From Felis catus (Eukaryota): a stretch of DNA of 64,000 nucleotides. The stretch covers positions 28,460,001-28,524,000 of the forward strand of contig NC_058368.1 of the NCBI RefSeq assembly GCF_018350175.1, read 5' to 3'. This document shows positions 1 to 12,805 of the stretch, in pieces. The notes beneath the pieces were generated by a model, which saw only the letters and a list, made by a program, of their open reading frames with translations, was not told the DNA's origin and did no database searches. Every line of letters starts with the position of its first letter. Position 1 is the stretch's first letter. The position numbers were made by a program, and so were the translations under genes.

Positions 1-244
1 TCATTTCTTTTCCCTACAGGATAGTCATAGAGCCTAAGAAGGTAGGGGAAAGTATTTTATACTCTCAGTAATTCCCTTTGAAATTACATGTAAAAATCCA
101 AGTTTTTGCCTGTTAAAAATAAGAAAAGGCAAAGAATACAACCTCTTCCAGAGGAAAATGAAATAACTCTATGTCCAAAGATAAAATTATTGATGTCCCT
201 TATTAAGCTATTATGTAGTCACTTAGAGTCAGGAAGGTAAGGTA

Positions 245-430
245 AGAATAATAGTTAACATTTTTATTGTGTACAGACACTGTGATGAAGTATTCGATAC
301 ATATTTATCCCATTAATTGTCCTGTTTTACAGCCAAGGAACCTAAGGCTCAGTGAAGTTGTGTGATTTTCCCACGATCCTGGGCTAATGAAGGAAAGACA
401 AACTAGGGGGCCAGGTCTGCAGCTTATCCC
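245..430 (-). mobile_element. MIR SINE remnant
   Basis: ttttacagccaaggaacctaaggctcagtgaagttgtgtgattttcccacgatc resembles the MIR core; boundaries approximate. Confidence 0.6.
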
Positions 431-479
431 ACTATTATTCCCGCCCCACCCCCCACCCCCCCACTCCAAGCAAGTCCTG

Positions 480-1100
480 ATCTTTGGTTAACTGTCAAAT
501 ATAAATTTTGTCATTTCTCAAGTGCACCATTATACCAGCCTTGTAGCTGGGATCCCTATATCTCTCTAACCCCTTTCAAATCATTCTCCACTTCATGATG
601 CAATGATCTTTTTCCAAAGCACAAATATGAGCATGACACATCTCTGCCTAACATGTTAGAGGGGATCTTCCTACTTTCCAGACAGAGTCAAAATTCTTCA
701 GCTAACACGCAACACCTTCCACAATTCCCAGGATTCTCCATGATCTGAACCCTCCTTCTCTCCACCGTCATGTCTTTTGATGCTCTTCCCTTGCCCATGA
801 GCTCTAACTCAACAGAATTACTTGTAGTGTCCCAAATGTATGAAGGTCCTTACTATCAAGCTCTACATGATGCTCTTTTTCAACTGGCTAATTCCTACTT
901 CTCTTTGTTTGTGCTGAAAACCCAGTTTAGGTACAATCTCTTCTGTAAAGACTTCACTGAACTTACCAGACTGAGAGCCCTCTCTTCTGTGCAGCCATTA
1001 TACCCTGAAAATAACCTAAACATAGCTGATCATTTATTGTCTGTCCCTCAAAATACATTCTCCAGCTTTCTCGCTTTGTGGCATCCTTAATGTCTGAATG
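480..1100 (+). mobile_element. Degraded L2 LINE 3' region
   Basis: CT-rich L2-like motifs (tgatcttttccaaagcacaaatatgagcatgacac; agagtcaaaattcttcagc); boundaries approximate. Confidence 0.5.
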
Positions 1101-2879
1101 ATTTTGTCACATACCCCTAGGCCTAAAGGAACAGCTAACAGTAGTTAAGTACACACAACTTAGTATTTATGTCCTAACAACTTAATAGCCGCTTGAAAAA
1201 ATAATACACATAGATTAAAAGAAAAAATAGTATCATATTTAACTCTTAAATAACGAGCTGTGAGCCTGTAGGCACTGTGTACGTCTCAAGCTTTGGAATC
1301 AGATTGGACAAGAACTCTCTCATTTCCTATTCAACACTGACTTTTGTGTGGTGTTTGCTTTTTGTCACAGTGACTACTGAAAACCCAAGCTTCGCAAAAA
1401 TGTGATGTCATCAAAAGAAGTGTAGTGCAATGATGTTTCAACTGTCCAGTACTTCAAGCTGTGTGCGGTCCAATAGATGTTGAGTATTACAATTAAATTC
1501 TCTTTGAAATTTGAACACATCTTATGGTAGCCCTCTGAATTCACCAGAGTGAGTGCCTGGAGGCCCCCTGCACACAGCTTGGGAATCGGCACTGTAAGCT
1601 GACTGGAGCTGGAGGGCAATCTTTTATGTCTACTCCCGGATGCCAACAGGCATTTAATATTGTTAAGTGAATGAAAAAATAACGTTATAACATCTTAGCA
1701 TGCTGTTACCAAGCATCTAGGAAACAAAGAATTGAGGGGAGAGGAGCTTTCTATAAGAGTAAATCAAAAAAATAAACTAATAGGAAGAATTTCGCTTCCA
1801 GGGATTTGAAGCCATTCGTTCCTGTTGTCAGGATGGAGGTGCAGCAGTTCACATCCTCTTTTTTATGACCTTACCATTAATAAATGAGCATCTATTGACT
1901 CACTAGACTGGTGTGATTTGGGTATGATACAAAAGAGACTAAAAATATGACTCTTACATCAAAAAGCTTTGAAACCAATTGGAAAGCAATAGGAATCTGG
2001 CTTCCGAGAAACAGACAAGGTCAGAAGGCTTCGATGCCAAGATGCCCCTAGTTCCAAAAGTGTGTGGTATTTAGACAAAAAATTAACAGTAAGAATTTTT
2101 TATTAATTGCCTGCTTTGTGTCAGTCATGACACCAGATGACAATATAATGGTGAATGGATAACACGTTGCCGTACCGTGACAGTACAATTGCACCAAGAT
2201 AATGGCAGGTGATAATGGAAGGGGACTATGGAACTCCCAAGAAGGAGACAGTAGTGGGACTTGGGGGATGAAGCGTGGCTGCTTGGAGCAAGTGATACCT
2301 GAGGTGAGGACAGGAGTGAACTAAGCATGATATCGCTGGAAGGATACATACTCATTCGTAAAGGGGTACAGGAGAAAAGGACATGACAGCATGGGGATTT
2401 CACACTAAAAATAAACAATGTGTTTTCTACCAGTGAGTATCAATAGAATCATTGTTACTGGAGGAAATTGTGGAATCACTGCTTTTTCAATGTTTAAAAA
2501 GTATAACAGGAAACAGAATTACTTAATTATGGCCATAAGGAATTCATCAACAAAACTGTCACAGTTCTTTAAACTCTGCAATTCTACGGTGCCAGCGGAA
2601 TGCTAAGTTAATAAGATAATCAGGAAGTTCAGCCACATTTGTGTCCTTTTAAGGAAAACTGAAAAAATAGTAATTTCACAGTCACGCATAAAGGAATTTA
2701 AAACGAATAAAAAATATATAAGCTGGGAAATTAGGTTGGGCCTAAGAAGGAAGGTTCAGCTTGCTGTTCTTACAGTCTTAAAGGTAAAAAAGTCACATGG
2801 TGACGAGTCAGAGTGATGTAGAACACTCACTTAACGTGTATTCTGAAGGCATGCTATTCCTTTGTTATGAAATATTTTA

Positions 2880-3124
2880 TTTTATTTTATTTTATTTTAT
2901 TTTATTTATTTATTTTTTTTTCAACGTTTATTTATTTTTGGGACAGAGAGAGACAGAGCATGAACGGGGGAGGGGCAGAGAAAGAGGGAGACACAGAATC
3001 GGAAACAGGCTCCAGGCTCCGAGCCATCAGCCCAGAGCCTGACGCGGGGCTCAAACTCACGGACCGCGAGATTGTGACCTGGCTGAAGTCGGACGCTTAA
3101 CCGACTGCGCCACCCAGGAGCCCC
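2880..3124 (-). mobile_element. Young felid CAN-SINE (SINEC_Fc type)
   Basis: tRNA-derived head, (CT) tract, (AAAAT)n tail; perfect 17-bp TSD tgttatgaaatatttta at 2863-2879 and 3125-3141; CpGs largely intact. Confidence 0.95.
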
Positions 3125-4552
3125 TGTTATGAAATATTTTAATAGGAAACCAAAATAAACCGTTTCATTCAAAACCTTTTATACTAAAAAAGAGATTTCT
3201 TCCATGTAGTTACAACCATATCGCGTATTTAACGACTATACATATGCAATAAAAGTAAAATTGTTTACCTTTATTTTGTATGCTAGGAAGTAGACATCTC
3301 TTAAGTAAGTAGAGCAAAAGAATTCCCCCTTTTGTCTCTTTGGGGAGAAAATTAATAGCATTTACAAAAATACTATTAAGAAAAAAGACTGGTTCCTATA
3401 AAAACATGTATTATATTTGTAGTTGGATAAAATAATACTATAAATAAAAATGCTGCTAGAAAGAAAATAGTAAATATATTAATCCTTAATAGCAATTATC
3501 CTTGGGTGTTAGGACTAGAGGTAAGATTATTTTTTCATACATTTTTGTATTTTCCATATTTTTAGAGGCAGTTTTTGCTACCTTTATGTGAGAAAAGGGC
3601 ATTATATAATTAGCTGGTTTAAGGCATAGCCCCATGTTTCTAGTTATCATTCCTTTCCTCAGTTTTGACAAGACCGTAATTTTCTTAATGACAAAATAAA
3701 GATTTCAACTATAAACAGATGAATTTTCCTAGAGGGAAAAATAAGTTATTATAGACCAAATGGTCTTGTTAGTCACAGAGTAATCCTTTGAAAAGTAGGG
3801 TCTGTTTTCATTCTCCAGTGCTTTGAGGTTTAATCAAAATGCTGAATCTTTAAGAACATCTAAAAACTGTAGTTAATGGTCTGTACCAGGGATGGAAAAA
3901 AGTGTGCTGTCTTTCTTCCTTTGTTTTTATCTTGATCAGCAGGCCTAAACTGGAAACCTATAATGGTGAACACTCAACAGAGCACGCAAAGTAGGAAGAA
4001 ATTATATAATATTCTGGCCACAAGTATTAGTGTGTTTGCAAATTGCTTAAGGGAACTGAGCTAACACCTAATAGACAGGTGATCATGGCCAAAGCAGAAG
4101 TTGAGTAAAAGCTAACAGGAACCTGTCATCAGCTGGCCTGCCCTGGAGCCCTGTTGGTAAAAAGAAGCAGGCAGGTGGAATATCAGGGGGAACCATCAGG
4201 GGTGAGGAAGGGGAACTTGCATGCCTGGTGCTTTGCACACATTTGTTACTGCATTAACTCTTTCCAACATTGCAACCTTGTTCTATAGATAAAGTAACAG
4301 GGGCCCATGACAGTGAGTGATGTGGCTAACTTCACGTTTCCAGTGTGGGTGGTCATAGAACGACTCTAACCTGCATCGTATGAATTCTTCCTTCTGAGAG
4401 AGAAGACTAGAAGCGGTCAATGAACCCATACCCAAAATAATAAAAAATAAAACTAAGCAAGCATGCTACCGTATCTTATAAAGTTTTCTTACTTGGTCAA
4501 GATATTCACCACTATTTCCAAATGATAAATAGGCAAAAGGTTAAAGTCTTAC

Positions 4553-4637
4553 ATAAAATTCTTCGGATGCTTCTGGAGGTTCTGGAAGTAGAGAAGCTTT
4601 TGGAGGCAACTTGAGTTCATAGGTCATTATACTCCAC
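4553..4637 (-). CDS. DGKH: DGKH coding exon 12, (R)[28 protein letters not shown]
   Basis: Acceptor cccttcag|G, donor TAT|gtaag; 85 nt, phase 2/0; completes the MLDRW motif. Confidence 0.95.
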
Positions 4638-5861
4638 CTGAAGGGAGAAAAGTCTTTGGTCTAAAATTCCTTTAAAATTTAATAAACAGACTCTGTTCTC
4701 ATACATATGCACAAGTCTGCACAAACTATGGTTTATTGTATCTAAGACAACCAGATACTGGAAAAAAGAGATGGAATTTTTGGCAATCTCATAAAATGCT
4801 GAATTCATGCTTTATGATTTCCATATCTTACCAGTTCTCTGGTTAGTGACTTCCAAACTCCATGAAGAAATGCACATACATAGTAAAACTTCCCCTTCTT
4901 CACTAATGCAATGAATTCTGACTTTTCTATTCTTGGGGTGCAGTGAGAACAGTGTTTAAATTTGCAGCAAAAAGCCATTTCAAATACCCTGCATAGTTTG
5001 GTAAGCACAGAACTGGGAAATCACCTCTGGGGTCTTTTAAAGACTGGAGACAGAAGCCCCTTTAGGCACCTAAATGACCGAGGTATCCCTCTCCTGAATA
5101 GTTTGGGATAACCATAACTTTAGACAAATGCTGTACCACCCAGCTCTCTTTTGAAATATTCTGTCAGCAAAAGAATCGACCATTACAACATTACCTTAGG
5201 ACAGGCAAGGTTACAATTAATTAGGTTATAGCTCATTTTAGAGTAATTACATTTTAGATTGGTGACTCCCTGATGAGATTTTGTTATTTTCGGGAACAGT
5301 TCCACAGATGGCTAATCCTATCAAAGTTGTTTTGATTCATGCTAGCTTAAGTCCATAATGATATTTTGACATTTGTCTTCTACTTATGGTGGTGGTGGTG
5401 GTGGGGGGGGGGTTGGTTACTGCGTACTGAGTCCTGTTGCTCCTAAACTCCAATCCTAAACACCTCCTCTAGAATATTCAGGGTACACATACTGTGATTT
5501 CTTTTTTATACGCAGGGCGTTTAGAGAAAAGAGGTTGAATGTGGTCAGGACATCATAAACACCTCCTTGATACGAAGAGGTCTTTCTAATATTTCTCGGT
5601 CCCTGGGAAAGGATTATCTTTTTTAGTATTCAGTTCTTTGTTGGTTCAATTCATTCTTAGTATGCAATAATTAAGAAGAGATATTCTAACAAATCTAAAC
5701 TTTATGTGTCTTCCGTAGCTTTAATGAAGCCGCAAGATGATGGGGCCTGTTATATGACCTATTATAGTCGTCAAAAGCCCCCACACAAAATGAACTATTG
5801 AAGCGTTCTGACCTGGAGAACAAGGACAAGTAATTGCTGTATCAGCATAGCCTTCTGTTTT

Positions 5862-6010
5862 TAAAATAGAGAATAAACTGAGAATTGATGGGGGGAGGGA
5901 GGGAGGAGAAAGTGGGTGATGGGCATTGAAGAGGGCACCTGTTGGGATGAGCACTGGGTGTTGTATGGAAACCAATTTGACAATAAATTTCATATTAAAA
6001 AAATAAAGAT
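5862..6010 (+). mobile_element. Severely 5'-truncated felid L1 (3' end)
   Basis: gagcactgggtgttgtatggaaaccaatttgacaataaatttcatattaaaa; nearly identical to 39580-39725. Confidence 0.9.
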
Positions 6011-6084
6011 AAAAAGATATCTTCTGTATATAAAATAAAATAAAATAGTGGGTTCATTAGACTAGTTTTCTCAGTTATTGTTAC

Positions 6085-6215
6085 AATTCATTCATTCACT
6101 CAAAAAATATATTTATTGAGTGTCTACCCTATGCTGGGTTCTGTCCTAGACCTCAGGCGTGAAAAGAGTAGGTAGGACCAGGAAGTCTCTGTCCTCATGG
6201 GGCTTACAGTTCGTA
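6085..6215 (-). mobile_element. L2 3' end
   Basis: (attc)n followed by atatttattgagtgtctac...tgctggg. Confidence 0.7.
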
Positions 6216-6285
6216 AAATTTAAACTGCCAAAAATGATTTAGTAGGCCATATTCAGTCTGGTTTTGGAAGAAAATTCTCTTTTAC

Positions 6286-6425
6286 CTGTCTAGCATTTTG
6301 GTACTGGCTCGTTCCAGCTTCTCTAGTATCTGAGGAAGTTGGGTGTCGTCATCGTATGAACCTCCCCAGCCCAGAACTCGGGCAAGGTCATTTCCTGTAC
6401 CCAAGGGCAATACTCCCAGCTGACA
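6286..6425 (-). CDS. DGKH: DGKH coding exon 11, [46 protein letters not shown](R)
   Basis: Within ORF 6282..6536; [11 protein letters not shown] motif; acceptor ctttcag|TGT, donor AG|gtaaa; 140 nt, phase 0/2. Confidence 0.97.
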
Positions 6426-6576
6426 CTGAAAGAGAATACAACAGGGAGACCTCAGACAAGCTGAGAAACAGGAGCTATGGCATTTCTGCACCTCCCTGGT
6501 CAGCAGATTAGCATACGTGCATGCTAATGAGTACATGTTAATGTAGTTAATGAGTCAGGAAAGACTGAGTACTTGC

Positions 6577-6685
6577 CTGTTTATTCAAGTTGAGCTTATC
6601 AATTTCTGACAAAACCCAACCTACACTTCCATCTCCTCCACAAACAAGAATTCGAAAGTTGTCAAACTTCTGGAATAATCTTAAA
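6577..6685 (-). CDS. DGKH: DGKH coding exon 10 (ATP-binding GGDG motif), (G)[36 protein letters not shown]
   Basis: Acceptor ctttcag|T, non-canonical donor CAG|gcaagt; 109 nt, phase 2/0. Confidence 0.95.
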
Positions 6686-8359
6686 CTGAAAGTAAAAAGG
6701 ATTTTATTTTAATACAAATAAATGAAAATCACTTCCCCCAATTCTTTGTTATTCTGTATTTGTTGGTATTCATGTTCAGATAACTATAAGAACTCTTATA
6801 TATTAATTATACTATAAAAATTAAAGTGTAATTCTTAACTCAAGAAAACTTCTTAATCGTAAGGAGGAAAGGGGATTATAAGTAGAAATGGGAGATAAAA
6901 TTAGGTGAAAAAGGGAGTTGGAAATGAGAAAACAAAGAAGCAGACCCGGGAAAGAGAATGAAAGGTAAGGGATACAACATGGTAAAAGTAGTGACTTTTT
7001 TTTCTTTCCATTATAAGGATATGTTATTTCCTTAAGAATAGTATACTACCAACCAGGGATGGTGAATCTAGGGCACTGATACTATTGATGCTCAAGGCAG
7101 TTTCTAAAGAGACCCACCAAACCTTGTCGATGTATCACTTTTCGGACACCCACTCGCTTCTCCTCCGCCTCATCCCCTAGACTTGGGTCAGTCTTTTTTA
7201 CTTTTATATTCCTTTTCCTTCATCTCAACTTTTGACACATTGCACCTTCTGAATGTACCTTTGTACACCTCAAGTATTGTGGGAAATCTAAAAAATATAG
7301 AGACGATCTCAAGAGGTTTCACAAAGGGCCTTCCTTGGAATTATATAGGTGAGAAAAGGAAATGTTAAGAATGTAAGATATTGGAACTGTGAAGGATTAT
7401 TAAACAGATGTGCTAGAAAGGAAGACACAGCTAACCAGCTACGGAAAAGACACAAGTGAGGGGAGAAGCCAGGTAAGGAAATACCAGAACCCAGGGAAGG
7501 GGTTGGAGACAGATGAAAAAGATGAACATCCATGGGCTCAGAAGGGCCTGAGACTTGGCAAGAAGACAATGGGAACAAGGAGAAAGACTCTGAAGAGCAA
7601 AAGTGAAAAGCAGCACAAAGACTGAGGCAAGAGATAGAAAGGACAGGAAAGGGTAAGGGCCTTCTGGGGGTACCTAAAATCCCCATTCCTACTTCTGTGT
7701 TCATGCTTTAAGAGAAAAGTTGAGTTGACAGAAGTAAATCATGGAGAGGTTGCAGGCCCTTGGTTCTAATGACATTGTATCACCTCTTCAACAAAATCAT
7801 ATGCATACACTAAAAATGTATTTAAAGTACTGGAAGGTATATTTTCCCTCACTGAATTTTTTTTCAGATTTTAAGTCATAGGATATTCCAGAAAGCTGAA
7901 AAGAACAATCAACAACAGTATTTTTTGTCATTTATATGAATGAGTCTCCAATCCTTGGGACCTGCAATAGTATCTGTGCTTTGGTTAAATAATTGATTAT
8001 TTGTATTACATAAAAATCAGTGCTAGCCTTCCACGCAGATCATTTTCTAAAATTATCATGTATTTCTATATTTACACAGGTTCCTTCTCAAAGCTAAGTA
8101 AACTGTTAGTACTATTTGATGTATGATATATTCTAAAACATTTTCTAAACAAATTTTGGGATTTTCAGCACATAAGGAAGTTGTATAAATATCAAAAAGG
8201 GGAAGTTAAAACGTATAATTAGAGCTTTAAAAAGGGAGGAGTGGGAAGATCAACATAGAGATGTCTAGATGAATTGACAATCTTCATGAACTGAAAAATC
8301 AAACATTTCATGCTTGGTGCTACATTTCATTCTAATGAGATTAATCAATAATCAATTAC

Positions 8360-8519
8360 CCTAAATGAGGACCTCCGTTCATTAAATCAAACACCTGAGC
8401 CGGATTTAGCAACTGTTTAAATCGACGAAGGAACTTTACTCCCTGATTATCTCCACTCTTAGAATTGACAAAAACCAATAGAGGACTAACACAGAATGAA
8501 AATGTCGCTCTACAGAAAC
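8360..8519 (-). CDS. DGKH: DGKH coding exon 9 (start of catalytic domain), (G)[52 protein letters not shown]
   Basis: Within ORF 8356..8550; [11 protein letters not shown] motif of DAG kinases; acceptor (t)16gcag|GT, donor GG|gtaat; 160 nt, phase 1/2. Confidence 0.97.
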
Positions 8520-9475
8520 CTGCAAAAAAAAAAAAAAAACACAACAACACAGTACAATATGTACAGCTGTCTCTATTAAACCATTAATGAAACTTCAGAG
8601 AAAAGAACATAAATTCATAAAGAACCTTGTTTATTGCTTGAACAATAAATTATAATTTAGCCCCCAAAATGGAGACAGGTTTATTATTTACACAATAAGA
8701 CTACAGAACTTATCTCTTATAATATGCTCTATAATGAAAAATCCTAGCACAGATGGGAAAAGTGTTAATCATAGATATTTGAGATATACCACCTACCTTA
8801 ACACTCAATTATCAGAAACCGATTACAGTCTGTAAATTCACATTTGTCAAAGAATTCATATTCATATTCAGCATTATAAGATATTTTAATTTCTCCTTCA
8901 TGAGGCTTGAGAAAATATTTTGAAAGTTATCATGAGTAATAGAACCTTATTATAGCAGGGCTTGGGGGAGGGCTGTTAACAGCACAGATTTTAAAAAATT
9001 ACATATTCTGCAGCCAATATTCTTGTATTTATAATACCTATTGGCATAGTTTATATAAAAAGTTTGAAAGCCACAGGCACTTATTCAATGCAAAACATTA
9101 CTAACGGTATACGGTAAAAGCCTTTTGTAATATGGTTTGCTTAGAAGGAAGACAGGTTCTTCAGCACTTAACAACCAAGTTGTAAGATTCTGGAAAAAGT
9201 GATGGAATTTACAGGAATATAAATTCCTCAAGGAAATTATAGAAAAACAGATTTCAATAAGTGCTATGCTGATGGGTAATTTCAAAATTATGGAGGGAAA
9301 AAAACACAAAAAGTTAACCTTTTTGGATTGCGTTTTGTTACAGAGTAATTTTATTTTATTTACTGAAATGTAAAATGTGAAATGTAAAAAGTCTTATATG
9401 TAGGAATTTCACCAGTGTAATAATAACTATGTTAAATTTTAATTTTAAAATGTTCTTATAAAAGTTCAATGTACT

Positions 9476-9920
9476 GGGGCACCTGGGTGGCTCAGTTGAT
9501 TGGGCCTCCAACTCTTGATTTCAGCTCAGATCATGATCTTATGTTTCAAGCTCCCTGACGGGCTCTGTGCTGACAGTGTGTAGCCTGCTTGGGATTCTCT
9601 CTCCGCCTCTCCCCTACTTACACAAGCTCACTTGTTCTCTCTTTCTCTCTCTCTCTCTCTCAAAATAAATAAACTTAGGGGCATTTGGGTGGCTCAGTCG
9701 GTTGAGCGTCCAACTTTGGCTCAGGTCATGATCTCAAGGTTTGTGGGTTCGAAACCAGCGACGGGCTCTCTGCTGACAGCTCAGAGCCTGGAGCCTGCTT
9801 CGGATTCTGTGTCTCCCTCTCTCTCTGTCCTTTCCCCACGTGCACTCTGTGTATCTCTCTCTCTCAAAAATAAGTAAACGTATAAAAAAAATTTATTAAA
9901 AAAATAAATGAACTTAAAAA
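9476..9920 (+). mobile_element. Two CAN-SINEs: younger copy (9678-9900) inserted in the A-tail of an older copy (from 9476)
   Basis: Two SINE heads; inner TSD aaaataaat[a/g]aactta at 9662-9677 and 9901-9916. Confidence 0.9.
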
Positions 9921-10069
9921 AATTTAAAGGTACTATTCAGCAATTTGAATGAATTATTATATAAAAACTGACCCAAATAACCAATTACAGTTCAACTTAT
10001 TCTAGGAAAGTGAATGCACATATCAACATTTAATACCAAGAATATACATATTTACACAATGATACATAC

Positions 10070-10172
10070 CATCAGAATCGGTGCTGTTCAGTGCAATTGG
10101 AGGTATGACAGACACTTTACACTGGCCAAGGGGACACACAGGATGGTATAAATCTTTGCAGGCAGTGTGTAC
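10070..10172 (-). CDS. DGKH: DGKH coding exon 8 (end of C1B), [34 protein letters not shown]
   Basis: Acceptor tattag|GTA, donor GATG|gtatg; 103 nt, phase 0/1. Confidence 0.96.
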
Positions 10173-10435
10173 CTAATAACAAACAAATAAGCCTTCAAGA
10201 ACCATAAAAACACATCGATGTTTTCTTATGGTATAGATTACATCTATGGGACTAATAACTGAAGATCGACTATATCACAAAATATTCAGTAACTCATAAA
10301 TTACTTTCATGGTGTAATGTTTATAACTCTAAGGAATGAGCTAATTATTTTAGAGATGGGAATCTGATGTACTCTGTGCAGCCTACTTTTATGGTGGCCT
10401 CGGGCAAGTAGTGTATATCGAGAAATGCCTGGTGA

Positions 10436-10557
10436 GGGATGCCTGGCTGGTTCAGTCAGTAGAGCACGTGACTCATGATCTTGGGGTTGTAAGTTCGAGC
10501 CCCACACTGGGTGGAGATATTACTTAAAACACAAAAATAAATAAAAATTTAAAAAAG
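10436..10557 (+). mobile_element. Short-type CAN-SINE (no CT tract)
   Basis: A/B box head ending gagatattacttaaaa; TSD gaaatgcctggtga at 10422-10435 and 10558-10571. Confidence 0.9.
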
Positions 10558-11314
10558 GAAATGCCTGGTGAAGGCAAGGAGAGAGGAAGAGAAGGGAACA
10601 GAGTGCAGAGGAAGGGAGAGAGAGAGGAAGGAGGCAAACTAACTAGTACTTGTCGATATCATCGTCCATAAAAAAGATGATGGGCTCTACCTTATAACAT
10701 TCTTACGGAATTTCATGAAAATCCGTGAAATTTTTAATGTGTCTCCTCTTTCTGCAGTGGTCCTATAACTTTCTATTCACATCTTTTTTTAAAAATAACA
10801 TTTTCATGTTCTTATAGGTATAAGTACATCTGTGCCTATGGGCTCCGTAGAGAAAAGGAAAAGGTCCTATCATTATACACTTATCTTGGAAAGTGATAAA
10901 TATCATAGACACCCAGTAAACATGTGAATTCTGTAAAAACAAAGTTTCAAGGGTAGTCAATATACTATTTCGAACAAGAGCAGGGCTAACTTATTAAGTA
11001 GAACCCAGGGAATTTACAACACTTTAGGTACTTACTCAGAGAGACTTAAAATGTTTTAAGCAGGAAAAGCAGACACTTCATAAAGCATTTACTTAATACA
11101 GCTTTATTGCATTAGTCTCTTTAGAAAATTGGCATGTTAATTAAACACATATTTATCAAAACTTTTGAGAAAATAACTAAAATTAAATACTGATTCTTAT
11201 TCTACTGATGACCTAATTTTGGACAGTTCCTTATTATTATTTATAATAATTAACATCCCCAAATGGATTTCAGAAAAAACAAGCATGCACAGATAGTTTT
11301 AAAAAGACTTTAAT

Positions 11315-11372
11315 GGGGAACCTGGGCGGCTCAGTGTGTTAAGCAACCGACTCGATTTAGGCTAAGGTCATG
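11315..11372 (+). mobile_element. CAN-SINE head fragment
   Basis: ggggaacctgggcggctcagt...ggtcatgac only. Confidence 0.7.
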
Positions 11373-11447
11373 ACACATAGAGCAAAACAGAAAAATATTT
11401 ACAGCAAAGTTAAATGAAAAAAGCAGAGGACAAAATTGTATCTTCAC

Positions 11448-11652
11448 TTTTTTTTTTTTTAATTTTAAAGAGAAAGAGGGAGTGTTAGTGGGGAAATGGG
11501 GCAGAGGGAGAGAAAGAGAGAATCCTAAGCAGGCTCCATGTCAACGTGGAGCCCCATGCAGGGGCTTGATGCCACAACCCTGGGGTCGGGTCATGACCTG
11601 AGCTGAAACCAAGAGTCAGTCATTCAACCACCTGGGCCCCTCAGGCTCCCCC
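11448..11652 (-). mobile_element. Older CAN-SINE
   Basis: Poly-T, GA tract, agaatcctaagcaggctcc...tcatgacctgagctgaa. Confidence 0.85.
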
Positions 11653-12484
11653 CTTCCCTCTTTTTACAGGAAAGGTAAAACTATGTCCAAAGACTGGATG
11701 ACAACCGAAAAAATTAGCAGTTGACTCAGTAGAGTTGTGTAAAACCACAGTTGTGTGAACACCATAGTAAAGACTATGGTCTTACTTTGTTTTGTTTTAA
11801 AGTAGATGACTGTTTTACAAATTAGACACTCTGTGGGAAACATTATTTTAAAGGCAAAATAATATGCAAAGACGTATACAGGAAGATTGTGTATAGGAAG
11901 TACAAGACCGAGAAGGATGTAACAAGGTGATGGTGGTCCAGAAACCTGCGTGTCTAGTGGACGCAGTACAGGCCAGGAATGACTTCAAGATAAGGTGATA
12001 TCTAGGTTTGCCAGAAAAAAAAGGGAGAAGACATTCTAGAATACCCGCTTCTACATCCTGTAAAAATCCTTCTATCCTGTTTGTGAAAAATTTTAAAGGT
12101 AGGGGTGAGTAGGGTGAGAAAGTAAAATATCTAATCAACTCCCACTGTTAAAATTAACAAAGTTTAAAAATGACTGGACCAATATAAGTAGAGTCCTATA
12201 TATTGTAGGTAAAGACAACTTTCATAAAACCTTTCTAAAATGATTCGTCACACACAAAATCTGCTTTCTTTTCAACAAGTTAGAAAGAAACAGCTGAAGT
12301 TCTAGAAATAGAGAAATAGATCTACAGACTAATGAAAATAGCAGTAGAAGCATACATCAGTGGTTGCACCCTGAAAAGGAAGTCTTAGGTGGGATAAACT
12401 TTAAAATCTTATTTATGAGAGCACTTTACTTATTTGTTTATAACATTATCTTACAGGCCTTTGGAGAGCACTCTTTATATTATT

Positions 12485-12666
12485 AAAAAAAATTTCTTTA
12501 ATTGAGAGACAGAGAGTGATCAGAGGAGGGAGACCCAGAATCTGAAGCAGGCTCCAGGCTCTGAGCTGTCGGCACAGAGCCTGATGTGGGGCTTGAACCC
12601 ACAAACCGCAAGATCACGACCGGAGCTGAAGTCGGATGCTTAACTGACTGAGCCACCCAGGGGCCA
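12485..12666 (-). mobile_element. CAN-SINE
   Basis: gaatctgaagcaggctccaggctctgagctgtc...gagccacccag; flanked by gag[c/t]actcttt. Confidence 0.9.
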
Positions 12667-12687
12667 GGAGTACTCTTTTAAAATAAG

Positions 12688-12805
12688 GAATGTGCCTGGC
12701 TGGTTCAGTTGGGAAAGCATGTGACTCATGATCTTGGGGTTGTGAGTTCAAGTCCTACACTGGGTGTAGAGATTACTTAAAAAAAGAATTTAAAAAAGAT
12801 AAATA
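12688..12805 (+). mobile_element. Short-type CAN-SINE
   Basis: Same type as 10436-10557; flanked by aaaataaggaat on both sides. Confidence 0.85.

Noticed and set aside
1330..1595. Segment resembling a hAT-Charlie DNA transposon end (cacacagcttgggaatcggcactg)
   Set aside because: Could not identify the family or the second terminal repeat by eye; needs RepeatMasker/Dfam
2797..3172. Recurrent similar short ORFs (e.g. VAQSVKRPTSAQVMISR…SLEPASDSVSPSLS) across the window
   Set aside because: These are translations of CAN-SINE copies, not a gene family
5997..6049. Possible 3' transduction after the short L1 (gataaaaagatatcttctgtatat between two A tracts)
   Set aside because: TSD is ambiguous (taaaatag vs a degenerate cttctgt..taaaata), so a transduction cannot be distinguished from a decayed duplication
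10436..10510. tRNA-like A/B boxes
   Set aside because: Head of a tRNA-derived SINE with A tail and TSD, not a tRNA gene
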